Origin: a virus
Strand: one strand, 5' to 3'
Virus record (IMG/VR): IMGVR_UViG_3300021964_000013
Length of the DNA stretch: 64,000 nucleotides
Program-made: the position numbers and the translations under genes
The notes under the pieces: generated by a model
Database searches by the model: none
Seen by the model: the letters and a program-made list of their open reading frames with translations, nothing else
What the model was told of the DNA's origin: nothing
Shown here: one piece after another, positions 17,195-27,513 of the stretch
Position numbering within the stretch: position 1 is the stretch's first letter
Layout: each line of letters begins with the position of its first letter

Positions 17195-18634
17195 TTATTG
17201 TACAGGACCCAGACTACCAGGTGTGGATTGCGGACCTACGTTTATTACAGGTAAAACCGGTTTGTTCTTTTCAACATTCATTATAGCAGCGTCAGTTGTG
17301 GCATCGTTACCAAACTTACTCTGTATAATAGCTGATGTTAGATCTTTTTGAGTAGACTCATCGTATGGGTCTACAACATAGTAGTCCTTATCGGTTATAA
17401 TTAACATGTCACCAGGAGAGTACTCTGACTCTAGAAAATCATTTATATCACTTTTAGAGTAACCTATCTTAGATAATGCATCTACAGCTGAAGCTCCACC
17501 GCCGCCGCCTATATAAGTAGCATTTAAAACGGTTTCATTAACGTATTTAGCACCTATCAAAGGTTTAGTATCGCCATCCATTATCTTACCCATGTACTCT
17601 CTACCTAAATCAGAGCGATCTTTAGCGTCTACTTGCCTAAGCTCTGCGGCTGTCATATTAGAAGCCGTTGTTAATCCAGCTGCTTTTTGCTTTTCAGCTA
17701 AACTTATTGATCGGCTTATTGACCTAGAGTCTGCTCTATTTTCTTTAGATATTACCGCTTGGTAACCAGACTGTGCTGATTCTCTCAACACATTCATATA
17801 GCTATTAATAACAAACTGTTCTAGTTCTTCTTGTCTTTCTGGGTTTTCAAGTAAGTCAATATCTTGAACACCAAGTCCACCAGGTATAATATGGTCGTCA
17901 GTAGCCATAGATAAAACAGCATCTCTTCCTCCTTTTTTAATTTGTTGTTGAAGCTGCATTCTAACCATCTGCTCTCTACCTTTATCCATAGGAGCACCTG
18001 ACTGGTACAATTGATCACTTAAGTTTAGTATCTTGGTAGCTGTCTCGTGGTCTTTGTAATGGTACTTTGGCACATCATCTAGTGTAGCACCTTCACCATA
18101 TACTAACCTACCTGTTTCACCAATACCAAAAGGCACTTGATCTGTAGTTATGTTAGCTATAAAGTCGATGTCTTCTGGCTTGTTACCATTAGATATCATA
18201 CCATTATCAAAGTCCTCTATAGCTTGGTACTTTAACTCTTTTAATCTTTCAAAATCAGCATTAAGATTAGAAAAAGACTGAGTTATAGAGTTCATTTTAT
18301 CAACAGCCTCCATGTATATAGGAGAATCTGGGCTATTGCCAGAAGCTAGCTTTGCGTTTTCAAAGAATTCATTGCGTGCGTTGATCAACCACTTGTTCAC
18401 GTCACCACGCATAGACTGAGGCACCTTTTCGATATCCACGTTAGCGGGCATGTTATCGATGTAAGACCCCATTTTAGCTTCAGCCTGTTTCTTAAGCTGC
18501 CTACGGTAGTTCATTTCAACATCAGCTTCTTGGCTAGCTTGCATTACTGCAGCTGCGCCAGAACCCTGTGTTGGTTGACCTACATAACTTCTAGCTGCGT
18601 ATCCAGCTCCTTTTATTAAATTCGCGTCTGCCAT
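17195..18634 (-). CDS. Internal virion/ejection protein
   Basis: Lies between nozzle and large protein; Ala/Gln-rich N-terminus. Confidence 0.6.
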   Translation of the reverse strand: MADANLIKGAGYAARSYVGQPTQGSGAAAVMQASQEADVEMNYRRQLKKQAEAKMGSYIDNMPANVDIEKVPQSMRGDVNKWLINARNEFFENAKLASGNSPDSPIYMEAVDKMNSITQSFSNLNADFERLKELKYQAIEDFDNGMISNGNKPEDIDFIANITTDQVPFGIGETGRLVYGEGATLDDVPKYHYKDHETATKILNLSDQLYQSGAPMDKGREQMVRMQLQQQIKKGGRDAVLSMATDDHIIPGGLGVQDIDLLENPERQEELEQFVINSYMNVLRESAQSGYQAVISKENRADSRSISRSISLAEKQKAAGLTTASNMTAAELRQVDAKDRSDLGREYMGKIMDGDTKPLIGAKYVNETVLNATYIGGGGGASAVDALSKIGYSKSDINDFLESEYSPGDMLIITDKDYYVVDPYDESTQKDLTSAIIQSKFGNDATTDAAIMNVEKNKPVLPVINVGPQSTPGSLGPVQ

Positions 18635-18643
18635 TTCTAAAAA

Positions 18644-19297
18644 TTATTGGTCAATACCAAATATAGAGTTAGTTAAAGGTCCTCTACCATCTGTTTTAGT
18701 AACGTAATCACGGTAAGCCCCAATACCAGCGCTTCCCAGTTGTCCTAGACCTTGGAAAACTTGGTTTGTAGCTTGATCTCTAGCTGCTCTAGATTCACCA
18801 AGTGCTTGCTGCGCCATACCGAGCTCTGTACCAGCTTGCTCTCTCTGCATTTGCTGAGACAAGTAGTCGCCTTTACGCTCCATGCTCTGTATACTCATAG
18901 CACCTTGAGCGGCAGCTTGTTGGTTAGCGGCCTCTTGGTTACCAATACGAGCGCCAGCTTGTAAAGCATTTTGGGACTGTTGGTTAGCCATAGCTTGAGC
19001 TAGTGAAGCAATACCGCTACCACCAGCCGCACCTGAAAGTTGGTTCATAGTGTTAGCCATGCCCTGCTGTTGCTGCTGAGCGATGAAATCAGCTTCTTGC
19101 TGATTAACAGTGAGATCCTCCATGGGGTTCTCCATGTTCGCGTACGGATTTGTAGTATCAAGGTTTTGATAGTTAGCCATCGTGCGGTTGAAATCAGACT
19201 GAGCTTGTTTCATCTCTGATCTTCTTCTTTTTCTACCGTACAGTGTCTGACCTATGTTTAATAACCCAGCCGCCGCTAAATATGCTGGTATTGCCAT
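18644..19297 (-). CDS. Internal virion/ejection (pilot-like) protein
   Basis: Gly/Ala/Gln-rich with a hydrophobic N-terminus (AAAGLLNIGQTL), first gene after the nozzle. Confidence 0.65.
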   Translation of the reverse strand: MAIPAYLAAAGLLNIGQTLYGRKRRRSEMKQAQSDFNRTMANYQNLDTTNPYANMENPMEDLTVNQQEADFIAQQQQQGMANTMNQLSGAAGGSGIASLAQAMANQQSQNALQAGARIGNQEAANQQAAAQGAMSIQSMERKGDYLSQQMQREQAGTELGMAQQALGESRAARDQATNQVFQGLGQLGSAGIGAYRDYVTKTDGRGPLTNSIFGIDQ

Positions 19298-19329
19298 AAC
19301 TTATTTTCTTAAATTATTATTACATGTAG

Positions 19330-22300
19330 TTAGCTACTGACAAATATTTCAGAGTTAACTGCGAATAGTTCTTTATTAGTTCCCGTTGTGTTAGTCATTT
19401 TAACCGATGCGTAGTAGCCAACTAATCCAGAAGTGTTGATCTGACTGTTTTTAGCAAAGAACACGAAATCACCATCTTCTATGCTAGTACCACCATTATC
19501 ATAGTCTATACCTTCCGTGTTGTTCACGTCTACATAGTACTGTCCACCTGTAGCTCCAGTATCAGCACACGTACCTATCTTGTAAATATTACCATTTGAT
19601 TTCTGGTAAAAAACAATATCATCAGCCGCTTCTTGTAAAGATACATTTATCTCGTTATTAAATATTAGCCTCATTGTAGGTGTAACTGTACCTACTATAT
19701 CTAAGGTATCTATACCTTGAACTGAAAACTCACTTGTATCTAAAGAACCAGACTGGGTGTTGTTGTCCCAAGCATCTTGTCTACCTCTAATATAATTATA
19801 ATATATTCCCTCTTTGTTTTTCCAAGTAACTACTTCACCGTCTTGCTGATCAGTATCTACAGTAGCCGTCCAGCCAGAATCACCCTCGTAAGAAAGCGTC
19901 TTAAAGTTCTTGATTCTAGAAGCCTCATCGTTATGTAGTAGAGTTACTGATGTGTCGTACTGAATACCGTAGTAGTTAGCTCTAGTATTGTTAGTGTGAG
20001 CGTATATATTACCGTTTTTAAAAGTATAGTACACTGAGTTAAGCGAAACACCTGTCTCAGGTACAAAGCTTAATCTAGTCGACCAACCATCTACGCTTTC
20101 TTTAAAAGCTAATGTCTCGCCGTTAACAGTTACATTGTAAGACGACATGTCTTCGTTAAAAGAACCGTGTATCGCGCCAGAGTGTGCTGTTAGAGCGTCT
20201 GTAATAAAGTCTGACATACCTTTAGATGCTACATCAGTGATACCGTCTCTAGACAGTCTTATAACAGCTCTTCTAGATTTGTCTACGAAGTATGCTCTAA
20301 AACCAAAGCTTACAAAAGACTCTGGATTCTTAGATATACCATACTCACCAACATAAGGAGTCGATTGACCCAATACCCTATTTGTAGATACAAGGTTAGC
20401 ATTACCATCCGCATTGTAAAGCGCATCTTTATTAGCGAGTACTCTAAATACTTTATCCTCACAAAGAACAATAAGATCAGTGTCTCTAGCGTGAAGTTTT
20501 TGTATTGTACCATATATTGGGTTGAGGTCTTTTGTTATTTTCTCCGCGGTGTTAAACTGGTTAAGGTTGTTCACTCCAGATGTGGAGTTGAATATACCAC
20601 TGTAAATCATACCGTGGCCTCTTCTCTCTTGAGAGTAAACCTCTTCAATGGTACTAGAAGCTTTAACACCTTTACCCATTGTCTTGGCGTTGAAGTCGTC
20701 TCTAATTCTATTAGATTCAACACCGTTGCCAAAAGAGTACACATTGAAGTAATCTAACACTTGCTCTGTTTGCAACTGAGCGATTGGTATTGCTTCTGTA
20801 GCTTCGAAGAATATATCTAGATCAATAGCCTCGTTTGGTTCAACTTCAAAAACAGTAGGGTTAGGAGAACTAAGTGTAATAGTGTTCTCATCAAAAACTA
20901 TAGGTAATAACCTTTTTCTTTTAGATATCCTTACAGCATCAGCTGTAAAGTCCTCATCAGTAAAAGGTGTAGTCATTTTTATGTTCCAGTAGTAACCTGT
21001 TTCATCGTCAGTGTCTCCAGAAGACAATGGTTGCCTGTCGTAACTACCTTTTGTAACAGTGTCTACAATATATAGTGAGCTCCAAGAGTTATCAGTGCTA
21101 TTTTGGAACTGAATCACATCACCACTGCTAATAGCCGCATCGAATGCATTACCGTTAGTGCCAAAGTCTATATTATTGCTGTCGTATGGTGCAAAGTAGA
21201 AACCAAACAAGTCAGAACCAATTGTTGGCTGACCATGTGAGTCGATGCTTGGTTGAGCGTTAGCGTGTTCTTCCCAAGCAAACATATCTAGAGTAGCAGG
21301 TGGCGTGTCGGTAGCGTCTGGATCATCAGACAGTGTGTTCTGTATATAAGGAACTCTCTTTAAACCGTCTTGCTCATAATCACTAGGGTCATTTGTAAAG
21401 TTGTATATAACACTTTCTTCAAATAGAACATCTCTGTTGATCTTAACAAAGAATCTTCCCTGGTATTCTTTTCTAGCTTCTTTTTCTTTTTTGTATACCT
21501 CTACAGTGAAATTATCAGAGCTAGAAAGACTTTGTATAAAACCAACATCAGTTAGTTTTTCTTTTGTTGTTATCTCGTAGCAATCATGTGAATCACCAGT
21601 ATAACCACCTCTTTCTATCTCGTAAAACTGGCTAACATTGGTACCTCTTCTAAATCTTATGTAAGAATCGTAATCAAAGGACTCAAAGAACTCTGGATTT
21701 TCAGCTGATGTTGGTCCTTCAAACTTGAACGTCTTTAAGTTGTTAGCGACTGGAGTATCAGAACCTTTAACCACTTCTGAGCCCGTGTTGTAGACTCTTT
21801 TTATAGAAACAGCATCTGGTACTTCATTCTGTATATCTAAGATCTTGTATCTAGAAGGCGATATAACAGGCTCATCTGAGTTGTGTTTTTTCTTAAGTGT
21901 AAGGAAGTCTCCCTCCTGCACTTTATTACGCTCAGCACTTGGCATAGACAACCAAACAGTACCGTCTGAATCATCAGCATAGTACCTATCAAGTACGATG
22001 TTGTAGTATTCATTAGATATGTCCTTAACGTAGTATTTAAAATGCGTTGCCCAAGAAGGAGCGTCTTGACCAGACTCAGCTTTTATTCTATTAACCTTGC
22101 TTGATTTGTCTATGTCTACTTTTATAGTAGAGTAGTCATTCGTAAAAACAGGTGTTTCTCTACCGTTAGTATCTAAATAAACAATACCTATTTGGTAGTT
22201 TCTCAAAGATTTTACACTTGACTCAGGTGTTTTAACACTTGTTATAGAGTTAGACTGTAAGCTAACTGTAATATCAGCTTCATCAGTGATGTTGTAACCC

Positions 22301-23610
22301 TGAACGTAGTTACCATACACAAGCCTATTACCTATAACCTCTTGAGATTTAGCTTTTAACGGAACGTTGTCATATGCTCTTAGTAACTGGCTAGATTCCA
22401 CTAGGTTACTAATCAGCTCTGATGTTATAGAGTAATTTGTTCTTGTAGTAGGTATAGACTCAACCTTGTACACGTTGGGTGATGAAGAGTCTTTATATAA
22501 AATATCTATATACTCTACGTCGGCTGGTGGTGTTTCAAACCCGCTTATGGTCAATCGCCTTAGGTTGTTTATCATGCCGGTATTATACGCGTTCATAGAT
22601 ATATACCTAAAATCACCGGGTACAAAAACAGCATTAGTCCAAGGTGAAAAACCAGAGACTTCGCCATCAACATATCTCCATCTGTAAGCAAATCTAGGAA
22701 AAGACAATTCAAACATTGGTCTTTCTTCTTCAAGAATACACTTCCATGTGTACTCTATAGATTTTATATCAGACGATATAGACTGTATAGTACCAGTAAC
22801 AAACCTTAGTAAAGCACCAGTTATAGAAACAACTTCTATTCTAACCTGGTACTCATCTTCGTAGTTGTTATCGTTTATCTCACTAGCTGTCAGTACGATG
22901 ATATCACCAGCGTTCCAGTTAGGAGAATCACTTACAGTAAAAGATATAGAGCTACCTACTTCTCTAGGCACTTTGCTGCCGCCATAAAGCTCTGTAAAGT
23001 CTTGTTGAGTGGTTACGTAGTTCAAGCCAGAACCAACACCAGATCTAGTAGTTGAAGAAGCCACATAGTGTGGCCTTTCGTTTGGTTTTTTCTTTATAAC
23101 AGTAATATCTGAAGCTATAAAGTCTCTACCATATACAGTCGTTTGGTCTTGACCAGTTTGGTTTGTACCGGACTTAAATCTTGATATTAGTATTTTTCTA
23201 GGCTCATTAAGATCATCTGTCCACATGAGCATACCATCGAACACGTTTACGCCAGTGATTAAGTTGCCGATGCTGAAGTTTAATACACTGTTGTAATCCA
23301 CTATAACAAAAGATACAACCTCGTTTGACTCATTGTACTCTAAAACAAAGTCACCTTCGTCTGCGGTTACAAACCAATATATCTTATTATTCTGTGTGTC
23401 TTTTACATTACCAATGCAGGTAGCGTTTGTAAAGTTAAACGAAGACTTAGCTGTGTTGCCAAGTACACTTTCTATTGCTCCTACATCAGAACCCTCAGAG
23501 TTACTAACCTGTACGTTCAGTGCATCTCTGTACTGACCGTTAGGCACAAGCCTCTCATCAAGGTCTTTATTCATTTTACCTGATGTGAAAACGCGCTTTA
23601 ATTCTGGCAT
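19330..23610 (-). CDS. Tail nozzle/stabilisation protein (P22 gp10/crAss muzzle-like)
   Basis: N-terminal FTSGKMNKDLDERLVPNGQYRDALN, GNRLVYGNY, YGISKNPESF; 1426 aa. Confidence 0.8.
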   Translation of the reverse strand: MPELKRVFTSGKMNKDLDERLVPNGQYRDALNVQVSNSEGSDVGAIESVLGNTAKSSFNFTNATCIGNVKDTQNNKIYWFVTADEGDFVLEYNESNEVVSFVIVDYNSVLNFSIGNLITGVNVFDGMLMWTDDLNEPRKILISRFKSGTNQTGQDQTTVYGRDFIASDITVIKKKPNERPHYVASSTTRSGVGSGLNYVTTQQDFTELYGGSKVPREVGSSISFTVSDSPNWNAGDIIVLTASEINDNNYEDEYQVRIEVVSITGALLRFVTGTIQSISSDIKSIEYTWKCILEEERPMFELSFPRFAYRWRYVDGEVSGFSPWTNAVFVPGDFRYISMNAYNTGMINNLRRLTISGFETPPADVEYIDILYKDSSSPNVYKVESIPTTRTNYSITSELISNLVESSQLLRAYDNVPLKAKSQEVIGNRLVYGNYVQGYNITDEADITVSLQSNSITSVKTPESSVKSLRNYQIGIVYLDTNGRETPVFTNDYSTIKVDIDKSSKVNRIKAESGQDAPSWATHFKYYVKDISNEYYNIVLDRYYADDSDGTVWLSMPSAERNKVQEGDFLTLKKKHNSDEPVISPSRYKILDIQNEVPDAVSIKRVYNTGSEVVKGSDTPVANNLKTFKFEGPTSAENPEFFESFDYDSYIRFRRGTNVSQFYEIERGGYTGDSHDCYEITTKEKLTDVGFIQSLSSSDNFTVEVYKKEKEARKEYQGRFFVKINRDVLFEESVIYNFTNDPSDYEQDGLKRVPYIQNTLSDDPDATDTPPATLDMFAWEEHANAQPSIDSHGQPTIGSDLFGFYFAPYDSNNIDFGTNGNAFDAAISSGDVIQFQNSTDNSWSSLYIVDTVTKGSYDRQPLSSGDTDDETGYYWNIKMTTPFTDEDFTADAVRISKRKRLLPIVFDENTITLSSPNPTVFEVEPNEAIDLDIFFEATEAIPIAQLQTEQVLDYFNVYSFGNGVESNRIRDDFNAKTMGKGVKASSTIEEVYSQERRGHGMIYSGIFNSTSGVNNLNQFNTAEKITKDLNPIYGTIQKLHARDTDLIVLCEDKVFRVLANKDALYNADGNANLVSTNRVLGQSTPYVGEYGISKNPESFVSFGFRAYFVDKSRRAVIRLSRDGITDVASKGMSDFITDALTAHSGAIHGSFNEDMSSYNVTVNGETLAFKESVDGWSTRLSFVPETGVSLNSVYYTFKNGNIYAHTNNTRANYYGIQYDTSVTLLHNDEASRIKNFKTLSYEGDSGWTATVDTDQQDGEVVTWKNKEGIYYNYIRGRQDAWDNNTQSGSLDTSEFSVQGIDTLDIVGTVTPTMRLIFNNEINVSLQEAADDIVFYQKSNGNIYKIGTCADTGATGGQYYVDVNNTEGIDYDNGGTSIEDGDFVFFAKNSQINTSGLVGYYASVKMTNTTGTNKELFAVNSEIFVSS

Positions 23611-23613
23611 TTT

Positions 23614-24480
23614 CTAGTGTTTTATTTGTTTAGACTTGCCTCTTAGAGTTTGTGTTAGCTCTTCTAGTTTAATGTTAGACAAACGAAGTTTAGCCTGTCT
23701 CTTAGCGGCGAATCTCTCTCTTTTAAACCTAGCAACGATGTACTCAGGCGTGTTAGCTCTAGTGGCTAGTATAGCGTGAGCAACGTGTTTATACACAGCT
23801 TCTTCTACAAACTTATGTACCTTCATCTCAGCATCTGTAGCTACAGAATCACTAATATACTTTAACGTGATTGTTTTACCAACCATCTCAGAACCAAAGT
23901 GAATCTTGCTTTTGATCTCGTCGATGTAGAACGTACCGTTGATCTGTGCGTGTTGAGGATCAATACCAAACCTGCTGCCATACGTAGCGTCGAACTCTGG
24001 AGCGTCATCATCAGCTGTATTGTCTGTCGTAGCTGTTTTAAACTTGCCCCATGTATCTGAATCAGAAGCCAAAAGTAAATTACCGCTACCATCAAAAGTG
24101 TAGTCGTAATTAGAAGCTTGTAAAATAGCGCTAGGGTTAGATGTTTTAGAGGCAGGGTATATAATTCTTTCAATACCAGCATCGTCAACCCAAGTCATCT
24201 TAACGTAGTTAACATAATCATGAGGCAACACCATAGTTAAAGAAGGTGGTATCTCTATCTCTTGAGCCTTGTGAGACCTTAATGTATCATAGCTCAACTC
24301 CTGCAAAGCCCTGTGAGCGTGAAACGCTACATCAGTTCTTTTAATCTTAGAGATAATTTTATCCTCACCAACGTAAGCAATAATAAAGTTATTGATGAGA
24401 TCTTGTATGCTTACAAACTGATACCCTCCAAAGTCGGACCCAGTGTAGTAATCTTCTTGTGTTCCGTTAAATAATCCCAT
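23614..24480 (-). CDS. Tail ring/adaptor structural protein
   Basis: LPHDYVNYVK motif; lies between capsid and nozzle genes. Confidence 0.65.
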   Translation of the reverse strand: MGLFNGTQEDYYTGSDFGGYQFVSIQDLINNFIIAYVGEDKIISKIKRTDVAFHAHRALQELSYDTLRSHKAQEIEIPPSLTMVLPHDYVNYVKMTWVDDAGIERIIYPASKTSNPSAILQASNYDYTFDGSGNLLLASDSDTWGKFKTATTDNTADDDAPEFDATYGSRFGIDPQHAQINGTFYIDEIKSKIHFGSEMVGKTITLKYISDSVATDAEMKVHKFVEEAVYKHVAHAILATRANTPEYIVARFKRERFAAKRQAKLRLSNIKLEELTQTLRGKSKQIKH

Positions 24481-24483
24481 CTA

Positions 24484-25176
24484 TTATTGTTTTTCTTCTT
24501 GTGTATCCCTAATTTCTTCTTGAACAGCCAGTTGGTATATACTAAGGTCTCTAACTTCAACCCCGCACAACGCTAGTATGTTAATCACTAGATCAGTTTC
24601 TTCAGATGGGTGTAGTTCAAAGTCTTGTGAACCAGTAGCTTTGTACTGTGCGTTACCTGCTACAGTCTGGTAGTTCCAAATAACTTTAGCTGGTTTTTTA
24701 ATATAGTTCAAGCTTACGGTTTTAGTGTTGTCAAACTCATTGTTACCATACACTTTAAAACCACTATTATCTTTTACGTATATAGGTCTAACGTCAGTAG
24801 GCTTTGCTAGAGGCGCTTGAGCTATGTATAAGTATTCATTTTTGTTTACGCGCTCAACTTCTTTGTTGCTATACACAACTGTACCAACCCTGTAAAGATC
24901 AGATGGTGGTAAGAAATAACCCGCGCTGTAAGAGAGTGTAGCGGTTTTTTCAAACTCGCTTATTTTTTCATTTAGATTATCAAGCATGTCTGAGTACTCG
25001 GTATCATTACCGTGCATCCTACCAAACTGATTGATATCATAAAAGTATTGCTCGAACAAGTCGAGCTGTGCTTGATTGGCAAAAAGGTTGAACTCCTCAG
25101 GTGTTACATAACCTCTTTGTTCTTTGTTAAGGATAGCTAGTACCCTTTGATATACAGTATCTACACTTATTGCCAT
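24484..25176 (-). CDS. Tail ring/adaptor structural protein
   Basis: LNKEQRGYVTPEEFNLFANQAQ, LNYIKKP, DFELHPSEE; position in the virion block. Confidence 0.65.
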   Translation of the reverse strand: MAISVDTVYQRVLAILNKEQRGYVTPEEFNLFANQAQLDLFEQYFYDINQFGRMHGNDTEYSDMLDNLNEKISEFEKTATLSYSAGYFLPPSDLYRVGTVVYSNKEVERVNKNEYLYIAQAPLAKPTDVRPIYVKDNSGFKVYGNNEFDNTKTVSLNYIKKPAKVIWNYQTVAGNAQYKATGSQDFELHPSEETDLVINILALCGVEVRDLSIYQLAVQEEIRDTQEEKQ

Positions 25177-25189
25177 TTCTTATTGTTTT

Positions 25190-25227
25190 GTTGAAGGGGT
25201 GACCTATATTATAAATCACCCCTCAAC
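25190..25227. terminator. Intergenic hairpin
   Basis: GTTGAAGGGGTGA...TCACCCCTCAAC inverted repeat without a clear U tract. Confidence 0.45.
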
Positions 25228-25230
25228 TAT

Positions 25231-25998
25231 TTATTTCAACCTTTTTTCGATGTTTTGGTAAATTTCAATACCATCATCGGTTTTAAAGAAGGCTGCAAGT
25301 GCTGAATATGGGTTTTCATCAAACGGCACAGTCATTACTTTTCTACCGTTGCTCGCCCAATTAAATGTTCTTTGATCATCAGCAAGTTTAATGATACCAG
25401 CTTCGACAGCTTTGATACCAAAGTTTCTGATGTGAACGTTCTCATCGTTAGCTAGCTCAACAAACAAACCTGGGTTTCTCTTAGCAAACACCATAAGGTC
25501 TCTTCTGATCTCCTTAGAAGTCATCTCTGTAACTCTAGAACCGTATTCTACCCTTAAGATAGCTTCAGCGTTGTCAACATCCATCGCTGCGGCTAGGTTT
25601 AATGCTTCTAATTCTGCTTCGATGCCACCTAATTCATCTACAGCTTCTTTAACAGCGTCAAACTCTGAAAACAAAACATCCTTCAAAGGGTGATACATTG
25701 AAAGTAGTTTTTGTAAAGCTTGCTGCTGCTTCGGTACAAACAATGTACCATCTCTAAAAATAATATGAGCCAGGGTCACTGGACCTTCTTGCTCATCTGC
25801 AAAACAAGAACGCATGTTAGTTGCGTATCTTAGTTCTCTCTGGTATCCTAACTCTTCGTCAAACCAGAGTAGTGGTCTTTTTTCTGTGTGACGCGATGGA
25901 ACCGTCATCACGATTGGTCTCTTGTTACCAATTAGATAGTATACTCTATCTTTCATTTCCCAGCCTACAGCTGGTTTTTCTTTAGCTTTCGTTGCCAT
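25231..25998 (-). CDS. Hypothetical protein following the capsid gene
   Basis: 255-aa ORF in the structural operon. Confidence 0.6.
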   Translation of the reverse strand: MATKAKEKPAVGWEMKDRVYYLIGNKRPIVMTVPSRHTEKRPLLWFDEELGYQRELRYATNMRSCFADEQEGPVTLAHIIFRDGTLFVPKQQQALQKLLSMYHPLKDVLFSEFDAVKEAVDELGGIEAELEALNLAAAMDVDNAEAILRVEYGSRVTEMTSKEIRRDLMVFAKRNPGLFVELANDENVHIRNFGIKAVEAGIIKLADDQRTFNWASNGRKVMTVPFDENPYSALAAFFKTDDGIEIYQNIEKRLK

Positions 25999-26011
25999 AA
26001 TATAATTGTAT

Positions 26012-26075
26012 AAAAAAAAGAGTAAGAATTACCCCCGCCCGAAGACGAGGGTAAAATCTCACAAAAATTACTCTT
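26012..26075 (-). terminator. Rho-independent terminator after the major capsid gene
   Basis: Minus strand TTACCCTCGTC-TTCG-GGCGGGGGTAA inside an outer AAGAGTAA/TTACTCTT stem, followed by a T run. Confidence 0.8.
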
Positions 26076-27495
26076 AGACAGTAGTGTCTTTGAACAATAA
26101 GAAGTTGTTAGCTCCTTGAACACACAAACATCTTTCAGATAGCATGTGTACGTTCATTTCATCAATGTCGCTAGTGTAGTTACCACCAACAGAACCAGTG
26201 ATCCAAGACTTCATACGACGATCGTCAGCTTCAGAAGCTCTGTAACGAACGTGTAGGAATGGACGTTGGATGTTTTTACCTAGTGTTTGGTCGTAAACAG
26301 TAGAAACACCTGCTGGTACAAGAACACCGTCGATATCGCCAGTCAAACCGCGAGTTGCAGCGTCGTTCAAGTATTTCCAGTCAGTTTTGTAGAAGTCGTA
26401 AGAACCTCTGCGGAATCCAGAGAAACCTAAGTTCAACGCCATGTCTTCGCTGTTTTCAAATACTCCGTAAGAAGTACCGCCAGAACCGTAAGAGTTAGCG
26501 CGAGCAAGCATGTTGTCGATAGCCAAGCTAGTACCACGATCTAAGAAAAGCATGTTTTCTTCGATAGCACCTTGCTTGTCAAGCTCTTGAAGAACTAGAT
26601 CAAACTCAGCAAGACCAGTCAAACCAGTAGCGTTGTTGAAGTCGTGATCGTTAAACTGAAGACCTCTGCTTTCGATAGCAGCGAACAAACCTTCAGTACC
26701 ACGTACAGTCTGAGAAGCAGCATCGGTGATACCAGAAGCAGCTGTTACTTTCTCAGCTTCAACCATAGTCATTTCCAAGTAGTCTTCGAAACGTAGGCGA
26801 GTTTCGTGCTCAGACTTCAAGTACCATAAGTAACCAGAAGTACCCAACTCAGAAGTAACCTCAACCCAACCGATCTGAGCAGTGTCAGAACCGTTGATGT
26901 TGTATTTGTCTTTCATGATGATTGGAGAGTTGCTGAACTTTTGGAAACCTGCATCGATAGATCCAGACATTCCAGCAGCACCTTTACCAAACTCAGAACC
27001 AAACACGAATACTTTCAAGTCAGGGTTAGTACCTGAAGCAACGAAAGCAGCTGGCCAAGTGTCGCTATCGTATGGGTAAGCCTCGATGCTGTTAGTTGTA
27101 ACAGACTTAACGAAAGCACGAACGGTAGTAACACCTACAGCAACGATAACAGTTTGGTTAGCGCGGATAGCGTGACCAGTGATGTTGATAGTGTTGTCAG
27201 TAGCGTCGTTGGCAGTAGCAATAACAGCGTCGTCGTAAGCAACGTGCAAACGGCCTTGTTCTGTCCATACAACTTCGTCAGAAGCCATTGGCATTTCAGC
27301 ACCAACCATTCTCAAGAATGATGATACAGAACGGTTACCGTAGCGCTCTACTTCTTTTTCGTAAACCTCAGGCAAGAATTGCTTGGTGAAGTTAAAATCG
27401 TTGTCTCCAATAGACAAGTAGTTCTTATCGAACAATGTTTTAGTGGGTGACGGTGTCAACCCTGCAGGGTATGCCCCTTGTGATGCAAAACTCAT
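26074..27495 (-). CDS. Major capsid protein
   Basis: 473 aa following the scaffold, biased codon use, strong terminator; QFLPEVYEKEVERYGNRS, WTEQGRLH, LNLGFSGFRRGSYDFYKTDWKYLND. Confidence 0.85.
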   Translation of the reverse strand: MSFASQGAYPAGLTPSPTKTLFDKNYLSIGDNDFNFTKQFLPEVYEKEVERYGNRSVSSFLRMVGAEMPMASDEVVWTEQGRLHVAYDDAVIATANDATDNTINITGHAIRANQTVIVAVGVTTVRAFVKSVTTNSIEAYPYDSDTWPAAFVASGTNPDLKVFVFGSEFGKGAAGMSGSIDAGFQKFSNSPIIMKDKYNINGSDTAQIGWVEVTSELGTSGYLWYLKSEHETRLRFEDYLEMTMVEAEKVTAASGITDAASQTVRGTEGLFAAIESRGLQFNDHDFNNATGLTGLAEFDLVLQELDKQGAIEENMLFLDRGTSLAIDNMLARANSYGSGGTSYGVFENSEDMALNLGFSGFRRGSYDFYKTDWKYLNDAATRGLTGDIDGVLVPAGVSTVYDQTLGKNIQRPFLHVRYRASEADDRRMKSWITGSVGGNYTSDIDEMNVHMLSERCLCVQGANNFLLFKDTTV

Positions 27496-27513
27496 TTCTA
27501 AATGTGTTTAAGT

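Noticed and set aside
19310-19330. Late promoter motif ATGTAAT/GCGTAAT (also near 55745 and 7312 on the minus strand)
   Set aside because: Too short, too AT-rich and too few copies to separate from background by eye
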